64,000 bases of DNA from Alphaproteobacteria bacterium (GCA_044375675.1 JBILMD010000001.1:30377-94376), one strand, 5' to 3'. Positions 27,537 through 36,807 are shown, counted from the stretch's first letter. Translations and numbers: made by a program. Notes: a model not told the origin generated them from the sequence alone.

Positions 27537-28874
27537 TCAGGCTTTCAAAAACCGCTCTAACCAGTGAATGTCATAGTGGCCAGTTTGGATATCGGGTTGA
27601 TTCAACAGCCGTTGGTGCAAAGGAATGGTGGTTTGAATCCCCTCAATCACATATTCATCCAGGGCGCGGCGGCTGCGGGCCAAACAATCGGCCCGCGTGT
27701 TGCCATGAATCACCAGCTTTGACACCAAGCTGTCATAAAAGGGCGGCACCCGATACCCATCATAAATCGCCGCATCAATGCGCACGCCAGGGCCCCCAGG
27801 GGCATGATAACGGGTAATCAATCCGGGACTGGGCACAAAGGTTTCCGGATGTTCCGCATTGATCCGATATTCAATAGCGTGCCCATGAAAACGCACCTGA
27901 TCTTGGGTCACAGACAGGGGCAGGCCCGCCGCCACGCACAGCTGTTCTTTGACCAGATCAATACCCGTGATGGCTTCTGTGACGCAGTGTTCCACCTGCA
28001 GGCGGGTGTTCATTTCGATAAAATAAAATTGCCCCTGCGCATACAAAAACTCAAACGTTCCGGCGCTGTAATAGCCAATGTCCTTGGCCGCTTTCACAGC
28101 AATGGCCCCAATATGGGCACGCTCGGCATCGGTTAACGCGGGGGAGGGTGCTTCCTCCAAAACCTTTTGATGACGCCGCTGCAGGGAACAGTCACGTTCC
28201 CCCAAATGAATCACGTTGCCGTGTTGATCCCCCAGCAATTGAATTTCAATGTGACGGGGCTGCAGCAAATACTTTTCCATGTAAACATCGGGGTTGCCAA
28301 AGTGGGTTTGGGCCTCGATCTGGGCCAGATCGAACAGCTCGGCCACGTCTTCGGCCCTTTCGGCAATTTTCATGCCCTTGCCTCCGCCCCCGCCTGCGGC
28401 CTTCATCAAAACGGGAAAACCGATCTCTTTGGCTAAGGCTGTGGCTTCCTGACCATTTTTCAAAACCCCCTCGGATCCGGGGACCACGGGAACGCCTGCG
28501 CGGATCATGGCGTTTTTGGCGCTGACCTTATCCCCCATCACTTGGATATGTTCTGGCGATGGACCGATGAAGGTTAACCCATGCTCCGCCACCATTTGGG
28601 CAAAGGTGGCATTTTCCGCCATAAAACCAATGCCCGGGTGAATGGCCTGCGCCCCCGTGATATGGGCGGCGGAGAGGATGGAGGCAATGTTCAAATAGCT
28701 GTCTTTGGACGCAGGGGGGCCAATGCACACGCTTTCATCGGCCAGCATCACCGCCATGGATTCCGAATCCGCCGTGGAATGCACCACCACCGTTTTGATG
28801 CCCATTTCATGACAGGCCCGATGAATCCGCAAAGCCACTTCCCCGCGGTTGGCAATCAATACTTTTTCAAACAT
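27537..28874 (-). CDS. accC: Acetyl-CoA carboxylase biotin carboxylase subunit
   Basis: 445 aa. MFEKVLIANRGEVALRIHRACHEMGI; ATP-grasp motifs GGGGKGM and EMNTRLQVEH. Confidence 0.95.
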   Translation of the reverse strand: MFEKVLIANRGEVALRIHRACHEMGIKTVVVHSTADSESMAVMLADESVCIGPPASKDSYLNIASILSAAHITGAQAIHPGIGFMAENATFAQMVAEHGLTFIGPSPEHIQVMGDKVSAKNAMIRAGVPVVPGSEGVLKNGQEATALAKEIGFPVLMKAAGGGGGKGMKIAERAEDVAELFDLAQIEAQTHFGNPDVYMEKYLLQPRHIEIQLLGDQHGNVIHLGERDCSLQRRHQKVLEEAPSPALTDAERAHIGAIAVKAAKDIGYYSAGTFEFLYAQGQFYFIEMNTRLQVEHCVTEAITGIDLVKEQLCVAAGLPLSVTQDQVRFHGHAIEYRINAEHPETFVPSPGLITRYHAPGGPGVRIDAAIYDGYRVPPFYDSLVSKLVIHGNTRADCLARSRRALDEYVIEGIQTTIPLHQRLLNQPDIQTGHYDIHWLERFLKA

Positions 28875-29030
28875 AATCGCGCTTCCTTATAATCCCTTAG
28901 GACAGATCAAACCCCCAAGAAAGACGGTTCGTTGCCACTGTGGCCTGTCTGAAAAAGAAATCAAGAAAAATCCCAAAAAAATCCTAAGAACATGACACGT
29001 GGCGGGGATTTTTTCTGGTTAAATGGGGGG

Positions 29031-30617
29031 TTAGCGTCCATCGTTATTATTATTAGTTGGCCCTTGCATTGCCTTTATACTTTCAAATAATTCTCTCACA
29101 TGATAGTCGTAAATGTGACGGGAAGGCAAAGGTACACGATATGGACTTGCCTTCGACGCATCCCCAGCTGGGGCATATTTTGATAAATGGTTTTTTATCG
29201 CCTTGGCTTCTTCCATTTGTGCCTGATGGAAAGCTTCTAGGTAACCTGTTGGCAACAGGTTATTTAGATTGGCATTCAAAAAGGAAATTTTAGAAACATC
29301 GATGCCAAATTTCTTCTCAATATCACGACACATGTCAGCCCATGTGACAGCGCCCAAATTATAAGATTCATAAGGGTATTCGAAAAAGTTTGGGATCTTC
29401 ACGGTCAAAGGGGGCAAGACAGCAGTTTGAATACTACGGAATTGCTTTGGATGAGTAGGATCAAAATTTGGATCATCAGGATCAAAGTCTGGAACTTGTG
29501 GCCCGATTGGTATGATAAGCCCATTGGCTTTGGCAACCTCCGAAAATCCATTGAGTTGTTCAGAAACTTCCGTAATAAAAGCCTTGTGAGCCTTTTCAGG
29601 GTATCTCTGGTTTTCGGGCTTATTCATATGCTTTTGCCATGCGGTATAAATAGCTTTCCATAATTTTAGCGTGTGTTTTTCCCATTTTAAACTCAGATCC
29701 GCAGAGTGGAAAGAACCGTCTGGATTCAGAATATCGAGCGTAATCTGCTGATATCTATCATGATTTTTTTCTATCGGGGGCGCTTTTTTTTTGTATGGAT
29801 TTTCTGCCTGTATCATCTCATCCATATAAGTTGTTAACCCGTCTGGCGTATGAGAAGAGCAAAGCTTAAAAGCCTTATCTAATCCTTTTATAAACAAAGT
29901 CGGGATTCCATCTGCCCATGTCGTCGTAAGAAAAAAATCTGTATCTCTAAAGAATGTTTTGATGTGCTCTTCCGCTTCTTCGATTGCTTGTGCACGTTCC
30001 TGAGTTTGCCCAGTCCTTTGAAAGGTTGGCATATTTAAGTCTTGAATTTTCTCTTTTGGAAAAGTGGTCATCAGGTAACAGAATAAAAGAAAAATGAACC
30101 CCTCCCGTGGACCTCCAAAAAACTGAATCAGTTCGCCCCCTCTTAGTTTTGAAGAATTGATTCCATAAACACCCTCCGTTTCAGTAATATCCTCCTCGTT
30201 TTCATGATTTCCTGAACGAATGGCCAAAATTTGCTTGGCTGTATCAGGATCAATCAACTGTCGTGCCGATTTTTTAAAAGAATCCTCAGCAATACTCGCC
30301 GTTACAGTTTCAACACCTGGGGGAACGATTTTGCAATGACCGACAATTTTCCTTTCGTTCCCTTCGCCCTCAAACAGGACCAAGTATAATGTCCCCTTTT
30401 CGTCTTTAATACCCCTAGCGTAACCATCCTGCCTTATATAATGTCCAACCCACTCACAAAGTGCTAAATTGTCGTGATTTCTGGCAATCGTTTGTATTTG
30501 AAAATAAAAAGGATCGCTGATTTTTAAATCTTGAACAACCTCGGGAGAAAAAACAACTAGGCTAAGTTTAGGCTTAGCCCGTGCTTGTCCTCCCTCCGCT
30601 TGGGGGCTGTTCGCCAT
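29031..30617 (-). CDS. Hypothetical protein (528 aa), orphan, AT-rich island
   Basis: Long uninterrupted ORF in visibly AT-rich DNA. No signal peptide, TM segment or catalytic motif recognised. Last gene of a co-oriented luxR/188-aa/528-aa string. Confidence 0.6.
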   Translation of the reverse strand: MANSPQAEGGQARAKPKLSLVVFSPEVVQDLKISDPFYFQIQTIARNHDNLALCEWVGHYIRQDGYARGIKDEKGTLYLVLFEGEGNERKIVGHCKIVPPGVETVTASIAEDSFKKSARQLIDPDTAKQILAIRSGNHENEEDITETEGVYGINSSKLRGGELIQFFGGPREGFIFLLFCYLMTTFPKEKIQDLNMPTFQRTGQTQERAQAIEEAEEHIKTFFRDTDFFLTTTWADGIPTLFIKGLDKAFKLCSSHTPDGLTTYMDEMIQAENPYKKKAPPIEKNHDRYQQITLDILNPDGSFHSADLSLKWEKHTLKLWKAIYTAWQKHMNKPENQRYPEKAHKAFITEVSEQLNGFSEVAKANGLIIPIGPQVPDFDPDDPNFDPTHPKQFRSIQTAVLPPLTVKIPNFFEYPYESYNLGAVTWADMCRDIEKKFGIDVSKISFLNANLNNLLPTGYLEAFHQAQMEEAKAIKNHLSKYAPAGDASKASPYRVPLPSRHIYDYHVRELFESIKAMQGPTNNNNDGR

Positions 30618-30691
30618 AAAAAACTCCTAAAATGCACCTTTTCCATGCGATTGTATGTTATGAAAAATAACTAAAATAATAATTAATCAAA

Positions 30692-31258
30692 TCATGGGGT
30701 TATTAACGATAGGCGAAGGATCTCTTGGGATTGTTCCAGTGTCTGCCAGGGATAGCTGTGCAACAGGGCCCCAACATCCCCCAACGTGTCACGAACACGG
30801 GTTTCGTTGGATGGATTTTGTATCAACGATAACAGTTGGGCTGACTGATACAGGGCTTTTAAAATCGCCTCTACATACGGTGTCAGATCAAATCCATTTT
30901 CATCAAAAACCATTTTTTGGTGAAAATGGGGGGAAAGGAGGACAGCCTCTAAAGCAAACGCGCTGAGAGCAACATCAAAATGTTTTCCCGCAAGGTCAAC
31001 GAGCACATCATCAATCCTATAAAGAATCTTTGCATCCTGTTGACGAACCGTCCTTTCATATACAGGATCATAGTCACAGGAATCAACATCCAACTTTGGA
31101 AGCTCTAATTTTTCAATAGGAGCATTAAACAAACAAAAACCATAGACCAAAGAGCCAAACCCTTTATGGTTACTCTTTTTTTTAAAAGAGCTTTGGTACC
31201 AGCGGCCCTTTTGATTGTCACAATCTTTCTTTGATAAAGAGGAAAAAGCATATTTCAT
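30692..31258 (-). CDS. Hypothetical protein (188 aa), orphan, AT-rich island
   Basis: ORF between the LuxR-family gene and the 528-aa ORF on the same strand. No recognisable motif, and it does not match the conserved LuxI residues. Confidence 0.55.
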   Translation of the reverse strand: MKYAFSSLSKKDCDNQKGRWYQSSFKKKSNHKGFGSLVYGFCLFNAPIEKLELPKLDVDSCDYDPVYERTVRQQDAKILYRIDDVLVDLAGKHFDVALSAFALEAVLLSPHFHQKMVFDENGFDLTPYVEAILKALYQSAQLLSLIQNPSNETRVRDTLGDVGALLHSYPWQTLEQSQEILRLSLITP

Positions 31259-31411
31259 AGTGTTTGCCTTTCATGACGAATTGATTACGTCTGTATGAAG
31301 CCTGAACAGGGCGAATCTGTAAAATTTTTTTCTGTCTATTGACACACATGCCAAAACTGATACAATGATATGTTTTGTAACATAAAAAACATAATGCGCT
31401 CTTTAATCCCT

Positions 31412-32152
31412 TTAATCAAGAGAAAGGGCGATGTAGTGGTGTTTTATGGCTTTGATTGTGGCGGATGTTCGACTGTAACAATCCAGCTTTTCTTTGGCAC
31501 TGTTAATGATATTTGTGATTGTTGATTTGGAAAGGCCCCCTAAAATCAGGGCAATTTCATAGTCCGTCTTACCCTTGGCAACCCACGATAGACACTCCTG
31601 CTCCCTTGGTGTCAGGGGATTAAAATCTTGTCTGGCATGCTGCAGGTGCAATTGTTGCACCAAAGAATGGTATGTATGGGCCAGAATTTTAAAGTCCATT
31701 TCCTTTTCCAAAAAAAATCTATAATGGTCATTGCATTTTTGTTCGGGAATCAGGGTTAGCAATGCTGAATTGGTTGATTTTCCAAAAAGAAAAATGGGGA
31801 TTGTGATGCCTTCATCCAAATGAAAATCTCTGGCATCTTTGAGAAACCGATTCTGCACTGGGGATAATTCATCTTTTTTTAAAAAATCCGACCAGAGATA
31901 GGAATCTCTGTCATGGGTATACACCCGTAAAACGGGGTCAATGTTTTGGCATTGGTTTTTAGAATAGTGGATACCCCATTCCTCAGGGTAGTTATTGTAA
32001 CAAAAGGGACGAATGTTTTGTTGATCTGGAAAATGAACATAAGCCCATCGAGCAATGCCATTTTTTTTTAAAACCTCTGACAAAAGCCTATTGAGATCCG
32101 AAATCGACGATACCAAAAAGCATTCAGACAAAAAAAGTCCATTTAAATCCAT
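31412..32152 (-). CDS. LuxR-family quorum-sensing regulator (autoinducer-binding domain plus LuxR HTH)
   Basis: W59, Y63, D72, P73, W87 and G115 have exactly the spacing of TraR W57/Y61/D70/P71/W85/G113. E184-x3-L188-x5-G194 lies in the HTH (LTPREQECLSWVAKGKTDYEIA). Confidence 0.85.
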   Translation of the reverse strand: MDLNGLFLSECFLVSSISDLNRLLSEVLKKNGIARWAYVHFPDQQNIRPFCYNNYPEEWGIHYSKNQCQNIDPVLRVYTHDRDSYLWSDFLKKDELSPVQNRFLKDARDFHLDEGITIPIFLFGKSTNSALLTLIPEQKCNDHYRFFLEKEMDFKILAHTYHSLVQQLHLQHARQDFNPLTPREQECLSWVAKGKTDYEIALILGGLSKSTITNIINSAKEKLDCYSRTSATIKAIKHHYIALSLD

Positions 32153-32347
32153 AAATTAACGCATTTTTTCTTTCTGTGTTTGATTTTTTTTAAGAAAGAT
32201 TAACGATGCAGTCGTTTTTCTGATGGAACCTTTTTGCTTGGGAACATCTACATGCATTCATAGGATATGTCTGTAAAAAAATGACTAACGCCCACATCTT
32301 GTTCATGTTTTCTTGCTTAAAGGACACACCCAAACATCGCTCCTGCA

Positions 32348-33721
32348 TCACTCCTGCCACCACCCATAATAGGCCCCCTTCACCCGTTCAAAATGATCTT
32401 TGGGGTTATATTTTTTTGTTTTTTTGGAAATTTTTTCGATATTCAATTCCCCCATGGCGGCTAAGAGGGTGTATTCAGCGATCAGTTTGCGCCCCTTGGT
32501 GGTGATCAAACGCCGCTGCGCCCCCAGCAAGTCCTGCTCTGCATCCAGAAAATCCAACGTGCTGCGAAACCCCATATCCAATTCTTCTCGCATGCCTTCG
32601 GCGGCTTTTTGTGCGGATATGACCTCCAGCTGGGTGGTTTCCAAATCCGACGTGGCGGTTTGCAGATCACTCCACGCCAGCGTGACATCACGGATAACGT
32701 CACGATAAACACCATCTTTTTCATAGGACGCCCGCTGTCGTTCTTTTTTTGCCTGACGAGTCCACGAGGACACCATCCCCCCGTCGTAAAGGGGAATTTT
32801 TAAAACCAGTTTGGTTTCCGCCCCTTCTCTGCGCTGATCATCAAAGGATGGGTCTTCCTGCCGGTAAATCTGGGATTGTATCGACAATTCGGGACGATAG
32901 CCGCTGCTGATGCGATCCACGTCGGCGTCTTTGGCGTCTATGGTGTGATAGGCCGCCCGCAACAGGGGGTTTTTGGCAAGGGCACGATCCGTTGCCGCCG
33001 CTAAGGTTTCGGGGGTTTGGGGGGCTTTAGACAATCCCTGTAACGATCCTGGCAGCATTCCCACCATGGCCATGAAATCCGCCCGTCGCGCGGCCAGCGT
33101 CCGCTCTGACTGACGCAGTTCCGTGCGGGCCCGTGCCCAGCGGGATTTGGCCAAAGAAACATCCGTCATGGTCAATTCACCTGCCTGAAAACGGGCCTCT
33201 GTGATGGTGACGTTGTCCTCTAGGGTCTTCTGATAACCCCGCTGAAAGGTCACAATCTCTTGCTCCACAACCACGCCAACATAGGCTTTGATGGTCTCCA
33301 GCAAAACGTCCTGCGTTTGATGTCGCAAATCTTCCCTGCCCAGCGCAATTTTGGCCATTGCCAAATCCATCTCGGCCATCGTTTTTCCCCCGCGATACAG
33401 GGGCTGTTCATGAATCACACCCAGGGTATAGGGATCACGCGCGTCAACCTGATCTTGATTTCCGTCATTCCCAAAACGTTTGTCCACCTTTTCGTCCACA
33501 TAGCCCTTGTCCCCAAAGACCTTCACGCTGGGGCGAAAGCCTGAGAGGGCTTTGTTATAGTCCTCATCGAGGGCCTCAACTTGCAAACGGGCGGCTTTGA
33601 TTTGGGGATGGGTCTGATAGGCAAGGCTGCAGGCTTCCTCCAAGGTCACGGGCAACGTTTCCGCAGCCGTGGCCCAAGGAGCCCACCATAAAAAGGCACA
33701 AAACCAGACTCTGGTTTTCAC
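32348..33721 (-). CDS. tolC: TolC-family outer membrane channel
   Basis: 457 aa. Signal peptide MKTRVWFCAFLWWAPWATAAE. Duplicated OEP-type repeats with coiled-coil periodicity. Confidence 0.8.
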   Translation of the reverse strand: MKTRVWFCAFLWWAPWATAAETLPVTLEEACSLAYQTHPQIKAARLQVEALDEDYNKALSGFRPSVKVFGDKGYVDEKVDKRFGNDGNQDQVDARDPYTLGVIHEQPLYRGGKTMAEMDLAMAKIALGREDLRHQTQDVLLETIKAYVGVVVEQEIVTFQRGYQKTLEDNVTITEARFQAGELTMTDVSLAKSRWARARTELRQSERTLAARRADFMAMVGMLPGSLQGLSKAPQTPETLAAATDRALAKNPLLRAAYHTIDAKDADVDRISSGYRPELSIQSQIYRQEDPSFDDQRREGAETKLVLKIPLYDGGMVSSWTRQAKKERQRASYEKDGVYRDVIRDVTLAWSDLQTATSDLETTQLEVISAQKAAEGMREELDMGFRSTLDFLDAEQDLLGAQRRLITTKGRKLIAEYTLLAAMGELNIEKISKKTKKYNPKDHFERVKGAYYGWWQE

Positions 33722-33747
33722 AGCCCCACCCCATATCTTTGGGGGGA

Positions 33748-34266
33748 TTAGTCGAAGCGGCGGCTTGGGCGGCCTTCATCACCAAAGGGCCGTTTTCTGG
33801 GGCCGGCGTCGCGATCAGGGCGAAATCCACGGGGACGATCTCCCCGATCTCCGCGGTCACGGTCACCCCGTTCACGGTCGCCGCTTTCACCGCCACCACC
33901 AAAACGGGGCTCGCGACGGGGGCGGTCATCATCACGACGATCGCCTCGGGGGGAAAACTCACGCTTTCCCTCGGCCTCGGGGGTCAAGCTCAGGCGAAAT
34001 TTAATGCGGCTGGGGCCAGGGGCCGCCACCAAGGGAACCGAGGGATGTTCCGAAGACATGGACCCCAAAACGATGATTTTGGTTTTGTCTTCTGTTGGAT
34101 CCACCGCCACCGCCAAATCAAAATCAATGGCAGGTAGGGCATCCTTGCTGCCAAAAAGGGAGGCTTTGTTGGGCTGGGCCGCGCGATCCCGTCGCACGGA
34201 TTCAATGGCATCGCAAACATCTTTAACAGTTTGGGCAATAAAATCTTTTAAAGGAGGGGTGGTCAT
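33748..34266 (-). CDS. Small protein: trypco2-like N-terminal domain plus Arg/Gly/Asp-rich disordered tail
   Basis: Residues 1-100 (LKDFIAQTVKDVCDAIESV...IDFDLAVAV...SRIKFRLSLTPE) resemble, from memory, the trypsin-co-occurring domain 2 pattern. Residues 101-172 are RGDRRDDDRPRREPRFGGGGESGDRERGDRDRGDRGDRPRGF... Confidence 0.5.
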   Translation of the reverse strand: MTTPPLKDFIAQTVKDVCDAIESVRRDRAAQPNKASLFGSKDALPAIDFDLAVAVDPTEDKTKIIVLGSMSSEHPSVPLVAAPGPSRIKFRLSLTPEAEGKREFSPRGDRRDDDRPRREPRFGGGGESGDRERGDRDRGDRGDRPRGFRPDRDAGPRKRPFGDEGRPSRRFD

Positions 34267-34465
34267 AAAAAATATACTTTCAACTATTTTTTAAAGAGAG
34301 GCACTATGACAGATTTCCCCTGCTTTTGAAAGAATAAAATACACATCCTTTTTTGGGAAAATTTCAAAAAGGGGGAGGGCGATTAAAAAAATCATCCCTT
34401 CTTTAAAGAGATTATGATAAAGTTTGACTTTTCCTTGGCTTTTAAAGGGACATTTTGAACGTTTT

Positions 34466-36061
34466 ATGACCGATGCCCACCGTGTCTTTCTTTATGATAC
34501 CAGTCTGCGTGATGGGGGGCAAATGCGCGGCATCAGTTTTGGGGTGCGGGACAAACAGATCATCGCAGACCTTCTGGATACTCTGGGGGTGGATTATATC
34601 GAGGCCGGCTTTCCTGGGGCCAACCCCGTGGATACCGATTTTTTTGCAGATTTGCCGCCTTTAACCCATGCCCGTTTTGTGGGCTTTGGGATGACCCGTC
34701 GGGCCAAGCTGGAATCCTCAACCGATGCCTCTTTGCAGGCTGTTTTGGGGTGCAAAGCCCCCGCTGTGTGTCTGGTGGGAAAGGCTTGGGATTTTCAAGT
34801 CACAGAAGCCCTGGGCATCGCCCTAGAAACCAATTTAAGCATGATCGAAGACAGCATCCGCGCCGCCATCGCGGCAGGCAAAGAGGTGATTTTTGATGCC
34901 GAACATGCGCTGGATGGCTTTAAAAACAATCCGGCATATATGATCGAAGCCCTAGTCACCGCCCACCGCGCCGGTGCCCGATGGATTGTGCTGTGCGACA
35001 CCAACGGGGGCAGTCTTCCCAAAGAGATTCAGGGGGCGGTTGAGAGCCTTTCGGCCCACATTCCCCATCACCATCTTGGGATTCACTGTCACAACGATGC
35101 GGATCTGGCCACGGCAAACTCTCTGGCGGCCATCGAGGCCGGCGCCCGCATGGTTCAGGGGACCATCAATGGCATTGGGGAACGCTGTGGCAATGCTAAC
35201 CTCATCCCGATTCTGGCCAACGTGGCCTTTAAATATCCCCATTTGACGTTGGGGGCGGCCGGGGATCGTCTGGAAGAGCTTACCCCCATTGCCCGCAGTT
35301 TCGAGGATGTGATTAACCGCATTGCCAACCCCCACGCTGCCTATGTGGGCAGCGCGGCCTTCGCGCACAAAGGGGGCCTGCACATTTCGGCCATTCAAAA
35401 AAACAGCACTCTTTACGAACACATTGATCCTGCGCGGGTGGGCAATCAGCGGGATTTGGTGATGTCGCAACAGGCTGGACGCGCCGCCATTATGGCCCGC
35501 TGCCAAAGTCTGGGCATCACGGTAGAGGCCAAGGCCATGGAAGAGTTTTTACAGGAACTCAAGCGCCTAGAATCCCAAGGTTATAGTTTTGATGGGGCTG
35601 ATGCCAGTTTTGATTTGCTGGCAAGGCGCCGTTTGTCCCCTTTCCCGCCGTTTTACACCCTGCGCAGTTTTCGCGTCATTGACGAACGCCGCTGGAACGC
35701 CAAGGGGGAGCTGATCACCCTATCCGAAGCCACGGTCAAAATGGACGTGGGCGACACACATCATATGGCGGTGGCGGAGGGGAATGGCCCTGTCAATGCC
35801 TTGGATCGCGCCCTGCGCACTGTATTATCCCCCTTTTATCCTGAGGTGAATGAAATTCGGCTGATCGATTACAAAGTCCGTATCCTGACCCCCACAGCAG
35901 GCACTGAAGCCCTGACCCGCGTCACCATAACCTCAAAAGACCATGACGACCACGTCTGGACCACGGTGGGTGTTTCCGGCAACGTGATTGATGCCTCGTG
36001 CCATGCTTTGCAAGACAGCCTGATGTATTTTTTGATGCGGGGGGCGGGCGCATGCTCGTAA
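34466..36061 (+). CDS. cimA: (R)-citramalate synthase / 2-isopropylmalate synthase family
   Basis: Start trimmed to MTDAHRVFLYDTSLRDGGQ. HCHNDADLATANSLAA motif. C-terminal LeuA-dimer-type regulatory domain. The length fits CimA. Confidence 0.8.
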   Translation: MTDAHRVFLYDTSLRDGGQMRGISFGVRDKQIIADLLDTLGVDYIEAGFPGANPVDTDFFADLPPLTHARFVGFGMTRRAKLESSTDASLQAVLGCKAPAVCLVGKAWDFQVTEALGIALETNLSMIEDSIRAAIAAGKEVIFDAEHALDGFKNNPAYMIEALVTAHRAGARWIVLCDTNGGSLPKEIQGAVESLSAHIPHHHLGIHCHNDADLATANSLAAIEAGARMVQGTINGIGERCGNANLIPILANVAFKYPHLTLGAAGDRLEELTPIARSFEDVINRIANPHAAYVGSAAFAHKGGLHISAIQKNSTLYEHIDPARVGNQRDLVMSQQAGRAAIMARCQSLGITVEAKAMEEFLQELKRLESQGYSFDGADASFDLLARRRLSPFPPFYTLRSFRVIDERRWNAKGELITLSEATVKMDVGDTHHMAVAEGNGPVNALDRALRTVLSPFYPEVNEIRLIDYKVRILTPTAGTEALTRVTITSKDHDDHVWTTVGVSGNVIDASCHALQDSLMYFLMRGAGACS

Positions 36062-36807
36062 CCTTCCTGTCGCAGGAGGTTTTTGCCCACATGTGGGTGT
36101 TCGCCCGTTTGGGCACGGCCCTGATGCTGATGATTGGGATCGGGGACAGTTATGTTTCCCCGCGGATTCGTCTGACCTTTGCATTGCTGTTATCCTTTGT
36201 GATTCGCCCTGTGGTGGATGTTCCCGTGTACCCAGACAGCCCCGTTATGATTGTGATGGTGATGGCCAAAGAGGTCCTAATTGGTCTATTTTTCGGCATG
36301 ATCGCCCGATTGATTGTGGGGATTATGGATGTGGCTGGGTCCATGATTGGGGCGCAGATTGGCTTGGGCAGCGCCATGTTGTTTAACCCCGCCATGATCC
36401 AGCAAACGGGGGTGATCACGGTTTTTATGACGGTGGTGGCGGTCACGGCGGTGATGGTGACGGATTTGCACCATTTGGGTTTGATCGCCCTGGTGGATAG
36501 CTATCATATCTTTACCATGAAGACCCCCCTTATGATGGGGGATATGACCTACGCCCTGCTGAAGCTGGCGGATCAAACCATGGTGATTGGTTTACAACTG
36601 GCGGCGCCCTTGGTGGTGATGGGACTGATTTTTAACCTGGGCGTTGGGATTCTGGCCCGTCTGATGCCGCAAATTCAAATCTTTTTTATTTCCGTGCCCC
36701 TGCAAATTGGCTTTGGGTTTTTGGCCCTAATGATGGCGTCCGCTGTCATTATTCGCGTCTTTTTGGGGGGGTATGAGGATATTTATCAGGGGGTAGGAAA
36801 CTTTTAG
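36052..36807 (+). CDS. fliR: Flagellar export apparatus protein FliR
   Basis: About 251-aa polytopic protein, MLVTFLSQEVFAHMWVFARLGTALMLMIGIG...PRIRL, typical of the FliR/SctT N-terminus. Overlaps the cimA stop by 10 nt. Confidence 0.7.
   Translation: MLVTFLSQEVFAHMWVFARLGTALMLMIGIGDSYVSPRIRLTFALLLSFVIRPVVDVPVYPDSPVMIVMVMAKEVLIGLFFGMIARLIVGIMDVAGSMIGAQIGLGSAMLFNPAMIQQTGVITVFMTVVAVTAVMVTDLHHLGLIALVDSYHIFTMKTPLMMGDMTYALLKLADQTMVIGLQLAAPLVVMGLIFNLGVGILARLMPQIQIFFISVPLQIGFGFLALMMASAVIIRVFLGGYEDIYQGVGNF

Noticed and set aside
30692-31258. The 188-aa ORF next to luxR as a canonical LuxI-type AHL synthase; its size and position fit.
   Set aside because: I could not find the conserved LuxI residues (the N-terminal R..F..W..E.D..D block and the later E-x-S-R motif) by eye. 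It is kept as an orphan hypothetical.
31259-31411. A lux-box operator upstream of the 188-aa gene.
   Set aside because: Only short palindromes are present: CCTGAACAGG, ACAG-N7-CTGT and ATGTTTT-N9-AAAACAT. None has the 18-20-bp CTG-N10-CAG dyad of known lux boxes, so a call is not supportable.
33576-34137. Overlapping ORFs (33576-33962 minus, 33669-34004 plus, 33739-34137 plus, 33990-34238 minus) around the RG-rich gene.
   Set aside because: They are produced by the repetitive GC-rich codons encoding the Arg/Gly/Asp tail. Only the 33748-34266 minus frame has a plausible globular N-terminal domain and sensible gene spacing.
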